This document shows positions 40,237 to 52,320 of a DNA stretch of 64,000 bases, piece by piece. The translations under genes and the position numbers were made by a program. The notes below the pieces were generated by a model. The model was not told where the DNA came from and searched no databases. It was given only the letters and a program-made list of their open reading frames with translations. The DNA comes from Acanthaster planci (lineage: Eukaryota): the NCBI RefSeq assembly GCF_001949145.1, contig NW_019091360.1:2291599-2355598 (forward strand), in the 5' to 3' direction. Each line of letters begins with the position of its first letter. Position 1 is the stretch's first letter.

Positions 40237-42143
40237 GTAGATATTCTCTTTTCATTGTCAAGCTTTTGTGTTCCTTAAAAAAGAAAAAAATGAAAACTAC
40301 CCTTTTTGTGGCAATTCTCTTCCTTTTGGAGGTAAATGTTAACCCTTGGTTTTGCAGGGTAGGGCTTGGCTAAAGTGGCAATGATTAGAACATTACACGT
40401 CCCAAATGGGCACCTCCAGCTGGTACCCTGTATTTGCAGCCTAACCCACAAGCTTTGTTTTGAAACTGTGAAGGCAATTGGGAAATTCTGAAGGAACAAG
40501 TTGGTGTGGTCGCCTTGCTCCGGTGATGGGTCATGCTGTATCAGTGTTGAGAACCCACTTGCACCATACTGTCAGTAGATAGACATTCAGTGGCCAGATG
40601 TGTCCCCCGGCCCCATGGTAGTTGCTCGGTTCTCCCTCCCCCCTGTGTCCTTCCCCTTACTAAAGGTTTTAAGTGAACCCGGACATTGTGTAGTGCATTG
40701 GTACACCTAACCAACAAAAGAGCCCTATTTTCTCTGCCGAGTCTATGTACACTTGTGATCCAACCCTCCCCCGATAGCATCCACCGAAAACCACATCAGA
40801 ATTTTTGCCTGCCTAGAAGCACAGCATTTTATCTGTTACAAGGAATACATGCATTGCATAAACTCAGGTGGACGTCAAATGTGATTATAAAGCTTGTTCT
40901 TAATTGCCTCAAAGAAGAACATGCCAATGTCTCCAAAAAAAAGAAAGCCAAACAGTTTTCTGATCACAGAACCTCAAATGAAACAGAGGCTTTAAAAACA
41001 CTTAGTTTGAAATCTTTCCTCGCGGGACCTTAAGTCTCCAAGAAAATTCTTTCACATTGGTCGATGGCAGTAAGAGTCCATCCTGATTAGTTGGATAAGA
41101 TTGCGTGTATTCTTTGATGTGGGTATAGCTAGAGCTTATAGGAATATGCACCACTGAATGTGTCAGAGATATGGGACATCAAGTGTAGCCGTTAACACTG
41201 CACAGACTTATATATTATAGACTTCCATGGTGCCCTTTAACAAATACCACAATATATCGCCGAGGCACTTGTCCTTAATCCTATCCCAGTCAAAATTCTT
41301 TCTGACACAGTTTTTCTGAATGAGAAAAAGGAGTTGACCTGATTTGTTTTCTGATGTGAAAACCAGACCCTTTTTTTTCTTTAAACATCAAGCACTGAAA
41401 CTAATTGCCGAGTTTGCTACGTGAAAAGATCTAGGTAACCACCAGCTTCATTTGATTGAATTCTCAAGCATTTTCTCCCTTGCGAATAGAATTCCATTGG
41501 GCTGCTTTAATGTAGTTCATTTACCTATGATCCAAGTTGTTAGAAATCATTTTTTTTTCTATCTTTTTGAATTTTTTTTTTGCACTTTGCTCACCATACG
41601 CTTTGCCTGTAGGGTTAGCCATGATAACTTCCAAATTGGGGATTAAACACCACTGTTTTGTATTGGAAAATCCAGTCTTTGAATGAGTGGATACATAAGT
41701 GGGACAATCCAACTCATTACCAAGGGAATAGCAAACTTTGGAGGGGACATCCTTTATTCTAATTGCACTGTTTCCTCTACAACATGGAAAGTTTCTGCCT
41801 ATTTTAATAAGTCTTTATGTAACAGAAAGAGATGTTTTCCAGTCTGAAGAACTTACTTTCTGTCTCTCCCTGCAAAGCACCAACTAAAAGTCAACCTTGG
41901 AAATCACATATTTACTCTAATTAACCCTCATGAATATTCATAACTAATCCATCTCCTCTGCATGCATGAACAACTCAATTTGGTTTCACTCATTTAATTT
42001 TACTCTTCAACTTATTTGTGACATTATTTGTTGCTCTTGTGAATATTGCAGTACCAGATTGTCGCTTCTGTATGATTTTGATTTGAGGCATACTTGCATT
42101 AAGTGTAAAGTGAATACATGTATTTCTAATGTATATGTACATG

Positions 42144-42498
42144 TATTATTTAAGGAGATTTGGAGAAGCAAGTACATGTAGACCTAAGTATCTTCAGCAC
42201 CTAAACAAATGAATCAGAAAGTGAAATAAGCACGTGTAAGAAAACTGAAGTTTACTTTGAAGTGAGTTTAAAGCCGAAAGAATGACAACTTTACCAACAA
42301 ATCTAAGTACGTGTATTATTTAAGGAGATGTTGAGAAGCAAGTACATGTAGACCTAAGCATCTTCAGCACCTAAACAAATGAATCAGAAAGTGAAATAAG
42401 CACGTGTAAGAAAACTGAAGTTCACTCTGAAGTGAGTTCAAAGCCGAAAGAATGACAACTTTCCCAACAAATCTAAGGTTATGCCTCCTTAAATAATA
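42144..42498. mobile_element. MITE (42314-42498) with a tandem 170-bp partial duplicate (42144-42307)
   Basis: Inverted ends TATTATTTAAGGAG / CTCCTTAAATAATA; two near-identical units with period 170; the first lacks the right end. Confidence 0.88.
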
Positions 42499-42946
42499 GA
42501 TTTGTTTCTCAGATGACATCTGGCTATGTCTGTAACTCGGATCTGTCAAATGCATTTGTGGATTGGTGTAAAATGTGATTCCTTAAAAGTAAGGAAATCT
42601 TCCATGTTGTGTAGAAGAGGCAGTAAAGCACGCCAAGGAGACGCATGACGAGTGAAATGTGGTAAAAAAAAATTTATGGGAAGGGGGAAAAAAAGGGGGC
42701 AAAACTGGAAGAGAGGAAGACTCGATGCATGGCTAACCTTTTTGGCTCCTTTTTTGCATAAATTTTTTGGCTTCTTTTATTCCCCCTCTTCTTCTTGTTT
42801 GTGCGTCCCGTTTTCGTGCGGTGTCTCTCTTCTCTCTTTCTCGTCTCTATTCCCGACACCCCTGTGATTTCCCCCTCCCCATCGCCCCCCCCCCCTTTTC
42901 CCTGTTACCCCCCTGGTGTTCCCCTTCCTTTGGCGCTGACTCGCAG

Positions 42947-43064
42947 GTCTTCCGTTACACGCATTAGTGTTCCTGACCGCAACATGCTGCTACACCAAGA
43001 TATGGCGAAGGAGCGGCGCGAGTTGGAACTGAAGATTCACGGCAAGGACAGTGAGAAGGAAAAG
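42947..43064 (+). CDS. PPP1R12A: MYPT exon 8, 118 nt
   Basis: Very long pyrimidine tract plus CAG; RSSVTRISVPDRNMLLHQDMAKERRELELKIHGKDSEKEK; donor GTAAAA; phase 2 to 0. Confidence 0.88.
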
Positions 43065-43961
43065 GTAAAAAAAATCAAAAGCTGTCTGCTTCAGTCTTCC
43101 ATCTTTGCTTTGTGAAATATGTATGCTTTTATTTGTCAAAAACAAGTCCTTACTAAACTATGACTTTGCACGTTTTTGTCTTGCTCACTGAAATCTGTGC
43201 ATTGTCAGCTTACAGGAAATACTTAAGGTTGACTGGTCCCTAGACTGGTGTGGAGTCAGTTTAGTGGGGAACCAGTGGGACTCCATGCAGGGCTCATGAA
43301 TTCAGCCTGATTTCCTGAAAACTGACACTTAAAGTGCGTATGAATTGAGCATCACGAAGATACGTCAAGATTTGAACAGATTTTTGAGTGTTTCTAGGAT
43401 GTGTCCGGATTGTGTTTGAAAGCACGTACCCCGGCTGAGTCTTTCCATTGTCCCTTTGAAACTCTCCCGTCCTTCAAGTTCATGCCATTTTGTACTCTCA
43501 TGAGGTAGTATAACAAAACAAAAACTTTCCCTTGAACATGAAACCACATGCCCCATATATTTCCAGTTATCTTCCCTTCATTCCTCCATTTTCCCCTTTT
43601 CATATACATACACATAGAGCTAAATCAAGCATGGTTGTCAGCAGTGACAAAGTTATATTAAACTTATGTAAGTACAGGGTAAAACTGAGAATGACGCCCC
43701 TCCCCCAAGAAAAAAGCATATAAGCCGTGCTGATGTTGTTGGCTTCAAAATGAGGTGTACCTGTTTGCATTTGGCGGAGTGTTTAGTGCCGCCATCAGTA
43801 AACATTTTTTGGGTTTGTTTGGGGTTTTTTGGCATTTCCAAGTCATCTGCAGGATGAGGTGGACATTTTTGGACCAAAATGAATATGAAAGATATGAGTG
43901 ACTAGAATCAACGGGAAAAAAATTTAAAATACGAATTCTGATTACATGAAGATTTCCCAGG

Positions 43962-44206
43962 TGGGTAATTCCAGAAATTAGGGGTCCATTTTTTTGTGTG
44001 TGTCCCTGTCACATCACATCTGACATGATTTTGTAAGTTCAAAACATATTTTTAATCTCCAAGAGTGATGAATTAAATGCAAGTTACATGTACCTGCCAA
44101 ACAAATAGTAATAGTTTGAAATCAATTCCAGTGATATTTCCATGTCAAATAACAAAGGGACACAGAAATGTCACACTTTTGGACCCCTAATTTCTAGAAT
44201 TACCCA
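43962..44206. mobile_element. MITE with TIRs of about 27 bp
   Basis: TGGGTAATTCCAGAAATTAGGGGTCCA / TGGACCCCTAATTTCTAGAATTACCCA (one mismatch). Confidence 0.88.
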
Positions 44207-44457
44207 TATGACAGTTCTTTTCTTACGACAAATGGGCATCCAAACTGCCTTTTTCTTTGGGGAGTTCACCATCTACCGGTAGCAACCTTGCTTACAGTTT
44301 ACATCACCATCTCGACCTCACACACCATGCATCCTCATCCATCCAACCGTTTAACAAATTTCTCCTCTGCTGATTTGGTTGACATGTGTTTATTTTCTCC
44401 TCCCCCCTTCCCTTTTTGTTCTGAACCTCCTTCACTCGGACATGACTAACATTACAG

Positions 44458-44511
44458 CCGGCCAGTAATGTGAAACCGAAGTCACCGACTGGCCCCAGTC
44501 GGGCACACGGG
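44458..44511 (+). CDS. PPP1R12A: Candidate 54-nt cassette exon (PASNVKPKSPTGPSRAHG)
   Basis: About 158-nt AG-free zone, GACTAAC branch-like motif, TACAG acceptor, GTAGGT donor, phase 0-0, no stop. Confidence 0.72.
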
Positions 44512-45227
44512 GTAGGTTTTGCTGTACATGTCATAGTGACACCTCTTGTCCTTTTATTTTAGTGTCACTGCAAAGTTGTGTGTAGATACTAAACCAAAGA
44601 AATAAGTTACTCTCTAAGATATACAAGGACAATTGTTTTAAAAACCAATGCAAATGTTTGCTCATCTTAGGGATTCTCTTTTTTTGGGGGGGTATGATTG
44701 TAGGAATTTTCTTGTTTGGTATTTTTACGGGGGAATCCTTACAGATAAAGCTATGGGCAAGTTCCATCAAGGACCACAGTTAACCATAGTTTGACTAATT
44801 CTGATCGAACACAGAGTAGTCGACGATGGTTGGAATAGTCTAGTCAACTATTCGCGACCAGCCTATCAAGGTTGGTCTCATCGTTGGTCACCATAAACCA
44901 TTTTTAATAGCACAGTGCAGAGAGGACCAGTTATAAGAAAAATACTGGAAAAACAGTAACTAGTAAACGGCCATTTTCACTTTTAGTTGTGCAATTCTGC
45001 CCTTGTTTCCCCCCTTTTGCAGCCACCTTTTCTCCCCTTCGACCTAATGACCTGACAATGGTTGACTAGAGTGGTTTGCACTTCAACTTCATTGCACATG
45101 CACTAAGTACATGTACGTCACGAACCAACCATTAATTCACTAGTGGTCCTTGACTGAATTTGCCCAAAGTCTTGAACACCTACATGTACCTGTATAAATG
45201 CAAAGCATGCATATGAATCAGTGGAAG

Positions 45228-45403
45228 AATACAGACTTTTCGCAGTTGTGCACCTCCAAGAGTTTGCAATGCGTTGGCCTGTCACAGTGCGCGAAATCTG
45301 TCGACCCAGTGCACGTTTGGAAATGGGCGACAAATTTTGCGCGTTGTGATTGGCCAACACGTTGCAAACTCTTGGAGGTGCACTATTGTGAATCGCCCAT
45401 ATT
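45228..45403. mobile_element. Fold-back (palindromic) element, arms about 70-80 bp
   Basis: GTGCACCTCCAAGAGTTTGCAATGCGTTGGCC...GTCGACCCA pairs with TGGGCGAC...GGCCAACACGTTGCAAACTCTTGGAGGTGCAC; loop about 15 nt. Confidence 0.88.
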
Positions 45404-45457
45404 AGTCATCAGTATTTGAAGCTGATTTGTTTTCTACTTGTGTGTTGATACATGTAC

Positions 45458-45615
45458 CAGATCTGCCAACCTAGCCGTACTCCTTCCTGAGGTCAAGCAT
45501 GACCAAACAATAGATTAAAAGGTATTTAAATGAGCGCCGTCAGTTCATTGAAATTTTTAATCTTGTGTGTGATAATGCCTGACCTCAGGAAGGAGTCCGG
45601 CATGTTGGCAGGTCT
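45458..45615. mobile_element. MITE with imperfect TIRs of about 40 bp
   Basis: AGATCTGCCAACCTAGCCGTACTCCTTCCTGAGGTCAAGCAT / ATGCCTGACCTCAGGAAGGAGTCCGGCATGTTGGCAGGTCT. Confidence 0.85.
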
Positions 45616-46815
45616 CATGTGCTCATGCGTTGTCACTAGCATGCACTTTATGTCTCAGTTCTTTACAGTTAGCACGTATTAGTTCACGTGGTGTTTCAAA
45701 AGTTTGAAAAAGAGCTCTGCCGTTTTGTTCTTTCTGAGTACGTTTACATGCGCACAACAGTGTGCATTGGTGTATGTGTTCTCCGTTTGCCTCAGTACAT
45801 GTAGCTCGAAGTGCTGTCAAAGGCACGCCCTTGCACTCGGTCTGTTTTTCACAATGTAAGGCATCTTGGATAGGTTTTCAACCATGTGGCAAAAAGTAAG
45901 CTCACATGTAGCTTCAATTGTCAGGGCGTGACAGGCTCCACACTGTAATGAGTCTCAGAACATGCTTGAAAACCAAGATGACTGCCTTGAGACATACATG
46001 TACAAAGGAAGGAATCTATAGTCTTAATACCGTGTGCTTTTCTTCAGCAAGTTGTGTGGGAAAAAGAAAGGAACAGAACACTTAAAAGCTTCTCTTTTTG
46101 CTAATTATTGTATTTTAGTCTGAAAAGTTTTTTCAAAATATTCGTCTTCCTTTTCAATAGCAGTGAGAGGTGGTAAGGTTCATTTCGTTGATAGCACCAC
46201 AAAGCGATGTATTCTGAATAGTTTCCAGTCCACGAACTGATGAATCGTGTGTACAAAATGTATGGACGGTGCATCACTTTGTGGTGCACCAAAGCTATCC
46301 TGTACGTCACTTTGTGGTGAAACCGACGATTCGATAGTTACTTTTTCCTAAATTGCAAATTAATGAATGGAAAAAGTGTGCACTGGGTTCTTTTAAGTTT
46401 TCATTAAAAACACTGCAACTTCAAGACTGTTCCAATGATCCTGGCGAAGAGGACGCAATTTTTTACCGAGCAATTTTTACTGAGTGGACTCGTACATGAA
46501 GACCTTTAGCAGGAAACAGTTATTCCAGTATGTAGATCCATGTCTTGTGTTCTTGTATTGCTTGAGAAATTGGACCTAATATAGTCTCGGACATGATGAA
46601 AAACAAAGTGCCGTCTGTGCTCTACAGCGCTATTTGTTCAGTCATAAAAAAAAAATAAACCAAAAGACCAGGATCTATGTACAAACCAGCAATATCTCCC
46701 AGGCAGGACATCAGGTTTAGATGTGTTGACTGGTCACATCAAAAATTCCGGTAACCAATCACAACTCTTCCTTTCTTTCCTGTTCATGTCATCTGTATTC
46801 CCATTACATTTCTAG

Positions 46816-46896
46816 CCGACCGTTGTCGCAAAACGGAAGATAACCCCCTGGGTCGCTCAAAGGCCCATTTTCCCTGATTATGAAGAGCGGGAACGG
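46816..46896 (+). CDS. PPP1R12A: Candidate 81-nt cassette exon (PTVVAKRKITPWVAQRPIFPDYEERER)
   Basis: About 93-nt AG-free pyrimidine tract, TTCTAG acceptor, GTAGGT donor, phase 0-0, CpG-rich like the other exons. Confidence 0.7.
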
Positions 46897-49800
46897 GTAG
46901 GTTAAAAAACGTAAAGTCTCACCGGCACTGACCCAAAAAAGGGGGTTTGCGGGCTGCGTGTGTGGTAAAAATGGTGTCAGGGTTTTAACATTCTGCTTTT
47001 GTTTTCTGTTTGATCATCATAGCCCATCGTCATCTAGCTGTCAAGAGCAATCATTGAAGCAAAATTTAAACTGTGTTTGTCAAATTAAGTAAAACAAAGA
47101 TTCAGAGTTAATTGTTGGCCTACTTTTTGCTTTGCAAGTCGTTGCTTTTGGATCTAATTGATGCAGTTTTTAATCAGGGCTATTTAATAACGATTACTGT
47201 TTTGTGTGGTTTTGGTTTTTGTAATTGATGAAACTTTCAATGAGCTTTTTGCCAAGCTATTGTTCTACGTGTATGTGTTGCAAAAGAACCCAGAATAATG
47301 GCAATTACTTGGAACCACATTTATTTCCCTCTGTTTGGAAGTTCTCTGCACATGCAGTGCACGTTTAAAAGTACCTGACAAATTCCACTGTTTTGTGTGC
47401 TGCACATCTTTCTATTGGAAAACCTTTCACCTGTCTGGTTTGATGCGGACTCGTCAGTCACATATTGGAAAACGAATGGGAACTTTATTATATTCGGCCA
47501 TTGTAATACACAAGTTTCAGGCCAGAAGGACATGTATTAGCAAAATGAAGACACTGTGAATCAGTTGGCAATGTTGAGACGTGTGAGGAAGTACAGTATT
47601 CATCTCTAGTTTCATTGTTTGCTGACAGTGTAGTTGAGCTCTTTTTAAGTTTTTGTTTCCATAAAGTAAAAGAAAAAAAAAGAGGTCACGCTTCTGTACT
47701 GCCTGTGGGCATTGTAGGGGACGTTTTCCACTTGGAATATGGGCACTGTGCATAACTACATGTACATGCATGCCCCTTATCAGTCAAAAAATGTCAAAGT
47801 CACTTGTGTGCAAGGATTCGATCAATCTGAATGACTATTCAATCCTGTAGACAAGTTTAGACTAACTCTCTGCAGGCCATAGAAATCTGAAATGTTCCCA
47901 CACTCAAGTACAACCTTTATGGAAACAAAAGTCTTCATCCGAATTCATCATCAGGAACACCCCCCTGAAGTTCCCATTTACAAGCAGTAAATTTGCTTCT
48001 AGTTGCGACTGTTTTTGGACGTAAGCCAGCCCACATTGATTTCATGATTACACAATGTGCGTGGGCAACCCAAACCATGTAGATTGCATTCTCAGATTCA
48101 CAAGTACATTTTAGTTGAGCTGAACTGCTGCATTTGAGTAGTGTTCATTTACATGAAGCCAATAGAGCAGACATTTTTACAAACCAGTGGGATAACATGT
48201 ATTACTATTGAGGTACTTTAAGCAATGTAGGAGTACGTGAACACGTAGACTTCACGTGTTTCTGACATTATTGGTGCTAATTGTGTGTGTCCTGATTGAT
48301 AGAGCATTGGCAGAAATTTGCTGACACATTGGATATCCGAGGCTTTTTCCTTACAACATTGAGATGGCTGTCACTGCGCGTTGCCAGGTCATTCATGTGA
48401 CTGAACATTGACACGTATTGCTTATAGGTTGGAATGGTGGTTTGTGCAAGTGACGGGTATGGCTTAATAGTGAGGCAGTGGCACTGTGTGGTGGGTTTGT
48501 CACACATTAATGGTGTTGAGGTTAGGTTAGCCAAGTTTATTTATGTTAAGTTTATTTCATGTGTGGCATTTCTAGGTTCTTGGTAACAATTGTACATGCT
48601 CGCATTTATACTCTTAAATTGTTTAACAAAGGCAGTTTTCATTTATTTTTTTCCATTTTGATGTAAATCTAATGTAACAGTATGTGACGATACTATTCAA
48701 ATGTGAATGATAATCCTCAGGGGTCAGATCACATATCACCAGACTCTGGTGAGTTGTCTAAACTGTGAAGTTTGACACAAACTGTATAAAATATCCATCG
48801 CGTGTTTTGAAGCTCTTTAGTTCTTTGTTTTGCGAGAGTGAGAGGCAGGCAGGACAAGAGTGGTGGCAAGTTGAAGGTTTCTGTTTTGAAGGTTGAACTC
48901 GTGGGATCTGTAGAAAGAGTTGGTTTGGGGGACTTGTTCAAAAAGTTGACTCCAGACTCATCTTCCCTATGCTGTTATATAAAGAAAACAACAAAGTCCC
49001 ACATTGAAATTTATTTACAGGGCAGCACAGTTAAAGCCAGCACCATTCAAGGGCCCCGACGTTCTGGTGGTTTCACCAAAGTTGGCACATTGGTAATCTT
49101 TATGCATTCTGCGGCTTTTGTGGAAGCATCCAGATGTCTGCTTAATTTTGTCTTTTTTTTTTTTTTTGCAATGGCTTTCTGATTACAAATGGTGGTGGGT
49201 TTGTTGTAAATTAGTTTGGTCAAATCCAATTGCAAACTACAGTGTCTCGCACAAAAATTGTCAGAAATGGTCTTCAGCCGAGCAAAGTTCTGTAAATATT
49301 GAGGTTCTGTTGGTCTTTTTGGCCTTTGTAGTTGTTTCTGGGAAAATTTCAAAAGAAAAGAAAGTAATTTAAAGCCGTGCAGAGAAGTGTTGCAGAACGA
49401 AGCATACTTTCATAGAATTGCAGTTGTTAGAAATTGAGGCGTTGCAAAGTGTCTGATGAAAATGTTGTAAGGGTTTTCTTTAAAACAACATTTGTGGACT
49501 CTTCCATCCAGGGATTTGAGCTAACAGGTTTTTTCTTTTCTAAACAAAACTTTGGTCACATTACTGGAGAGGCATAATTTTGTTGCTGTGGCCATTTGCG
49601 GCAGTGGTGCTGGTTTCCTAAGGCCTTGCTTTGCATCGGTCATTGTGGCTTCTTGCATGTTGCCATGGGTAAAGGAGTGTATCAGGAGACACGACAGGAC
49701 AGCAACTTGTAATTTCTCCACAGGAATACAGTGTAACTAATGCGGAGTCGTACATGTACCTTCGCAATCCGTGGGAAGTCGACACTCTGGTAAACACACA

Positions 49801-50888
49801 AAAACCCTATAGAATTGCCTTAATGCCATTTTTTCCAGGGGGAGGGTCTCTCTCTCTCTCTCTCGCTTTCTGGGATGTAGGGCCAGAGCTTGCTTTTGAG
49901 TGCAGAGGGTTTAGGACTGGTTTGTGCAGCAAGTTTGGACAGATAATTAAACTTGGAATTGTTTTGGAAAACTGACCAATTGAGAATGGTGGAGGTTCTA
50001 AGGGCAGGATTGCTCGGCCACAGTGTGTGTGCCTCATTTACCAATATCTGAAGTAAGGTAGGTTAGAGATCTCTCGTCATAAATGATACAGTGTTGTACC
50101 AGATTTAATTGATAGGAACTGTAGAAATTTAAATTTGGCATAATAATATGAAATAATGCTGCGTATAAGTATGTCAGAAATATTAACAAAACTTCAATAT
50201 CATTGTGAAGTCCAGACATAAACTACTATGTACATGTAAGTAGTGTTTCCGTTTTTCCAACAAGCACGAATTAAGAGGCAATAGCAGAATGAAATTGCTT
50301 CTATGGTTTTTATTTTTTTGGGGGGGAAGTGTTGCCATTTCCTTAGCTGTAGTTTCATTTACCAGTAGATGTATACAAAAAAAAATCTGTGCTTTTTAAA
50401 AATATTAAGTAATTTTATTTTTTTTTTGTAACTATACACCCTATGTGGGGTTTTGCATGAAAAGTGTAGCAATGGGAAAGGAAAGGGAATACCTGGGAAG
50501 TACCAGCTTGTACTTCAGTTTAATTTGCTTATTTCATTTTGGTGGCTATGGTGGTGGTGCCTTCCATCTTGCTTGCGTATGAGATATCTTAACTGTTGAT
50601 AGGAGAAAAGTGTGACATCTTACATGATTAGGAGCCCTCTATTTACCAGCAGCTGCTGCCGTTTAGCAGAATTTCTGTTTGCACCAACATTATTAGTGTG
50701 TGTCACCATAGAGACGTAGTGCTGCAGCCCATTATATGTAATGCCAAATACACTTTACTCAGTGATCTTGTCCAGTCACATATCTGCTCCCATCATATAA
50801 GGAAATCAATATTTTTGCTGTGTCTGTTTTTTTTGGGGGGGGGTTTTGTTTTTGTTTTTGGTGTCTTTCTTTTTTTTCTTTTTTGTAG

Positions 50889-50894
50889 TTCCAG
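50889..50894 (+). CDS. PPP1R12A: Candidate 6-nt microexon (FQ), or recursive splice site
   Basis: Long U-rich tract ...ttttttgtag|TTCCAG|GTAAGT; phase 0-0. Confidence 0.6.
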
Positions 50895-51235
50895 GTAAGT
50901 CTCTGTTCTGCAAAGGATTGTAATTATGCGTGGCGTCTTGTTGCAGCTTTTTAACTCTCCACTTAACAGTTTTCAAGTCTAACTCTCTCCACCTTGAAAT
51001 TTTGAATTTGTTTCTTTGGAAGGTGCTTGATTGTAAAAAATCAAATTTTAACAAGAATTTTATTATTCTGAGCTATTTATTAAACAAACTCTAAAACTAG
51101 AAATGTTCTGAGAATATGGAGAAAAAATTAGAAGCTTTATGGAAGCAGAAGTTTCAAATCTTAATCGAAGCTCACGTCTTCCCCCATTCTTGCATTATCT
51201 GCCCACCCTGATGCCTCCTGTCACTGTGGCAACAG

Positions 51236-51433
51236 GAGAAGAAGACGATGGAGTCCTCCAGCTCTAGTGAGAGCGAGAGTGAGAGCTCGGAGGATGACAG
51301 CAAGAACCGATCCGCCAAGAACCGCGGCAGCCTCAACCACAACAAGCCAGGCGAGGTCAACACCAGGCAAGCCAACCGAGCCGGGAATCTACCCCAAGTC
51401 CCTGCCACCCCAACAACGCCTGCAAAGAAAGAG
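51236..51433 (+). CDS. PPP1R12A: MYPT exon (acidic/Ser-rich region), 198 nt
   Basis: caacag acceptor; EKKTMESSSSSESESESSEDDSK...PTTPAKKE; donor GTAACG; phase 0-0. Confidence 0.9.
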
Positions 51434-51444
51434 GTAACGGCCAG

Positions 51445-51637
51445 TGTTGTATTTGAGTCCATCACAAGTACCTGTAAGTCCATCACAAGTCAAAAGTTAT
51501 TCAGTCTTCAGCCATTTCACAAGCTATTCAAAATGAGCCGTGAGAAAAGCATTCTTTTGTCATTCTTCACCCTGTGACTTATGACAGGCTATGTGACGGG
51601 ACTTGTGACAGGACTTGTGATTGACTCGAGTACAACA
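51445..51637. mobile_element. MITE with TIRs of about 25 bp directly after an exon donor
   Basis: TGTTGTATTTGAGTCCATCACAAGT / ACTTGTGATTGACTCGAGTACAACA; subterminal ggacttgtgac repeats. Confidence 0.8.
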
Positions 51638-52320
51638 GCGATAACAGCAACACTGTCTGTCACTTCTGAAATAAGATTCAGGCCCTATGATTTGAAAGAT
51701 TTTCTTTGCTATAAGAAGTTTTCAAAACATCCAATGTAGACATTGGTTAAATGGCAGTTAGCAGTTAATTAGTTACCCAGTTACATAGAGAATGATGCAG
51801 ATTCTGTGTTAGCATATTAAACCAGGTGCAACTGTCTACCATGGCTCGTGTCCTTGGGCATGGGTCGATGCAGCTTTTAGGGTGACATATGGGTACTGTA
51901 TGGCAAAGAGGTGATATCAGTGAGGGAGGGGTGGTTATGATACCAATTTTTCAAGATATGGTACATGTTTTACTTGTCAGGTCACAGTACTAATTGCACT
52001 GAGGTACATTATCTTGATCTTTCACATGTAACAGTCACTTTGAATTCATGGAGTCGTTGAATTCACTCACTAATTTGCCCTCATGCAGTGCATGTGTAGC
52101 TTATAATTCCGGCGTCTGTAAGTCTGCGAATCTGACAGAAGTAGTCTTTGACTTTATTGAGGGTCAAACAATGCAATGCAGATTTTGGTATCAGACGGAT
52201 CACAGCATTCCGTTATTGCAGTTTTCATGTTTGGCAAAGTAATTTGTCAATCTCAGATATCACTTTGAGGAGAGTAGCACTAATCCACCCCTTTTTTCTT
52301 ATGTGACTCCTCCCCCTTAG

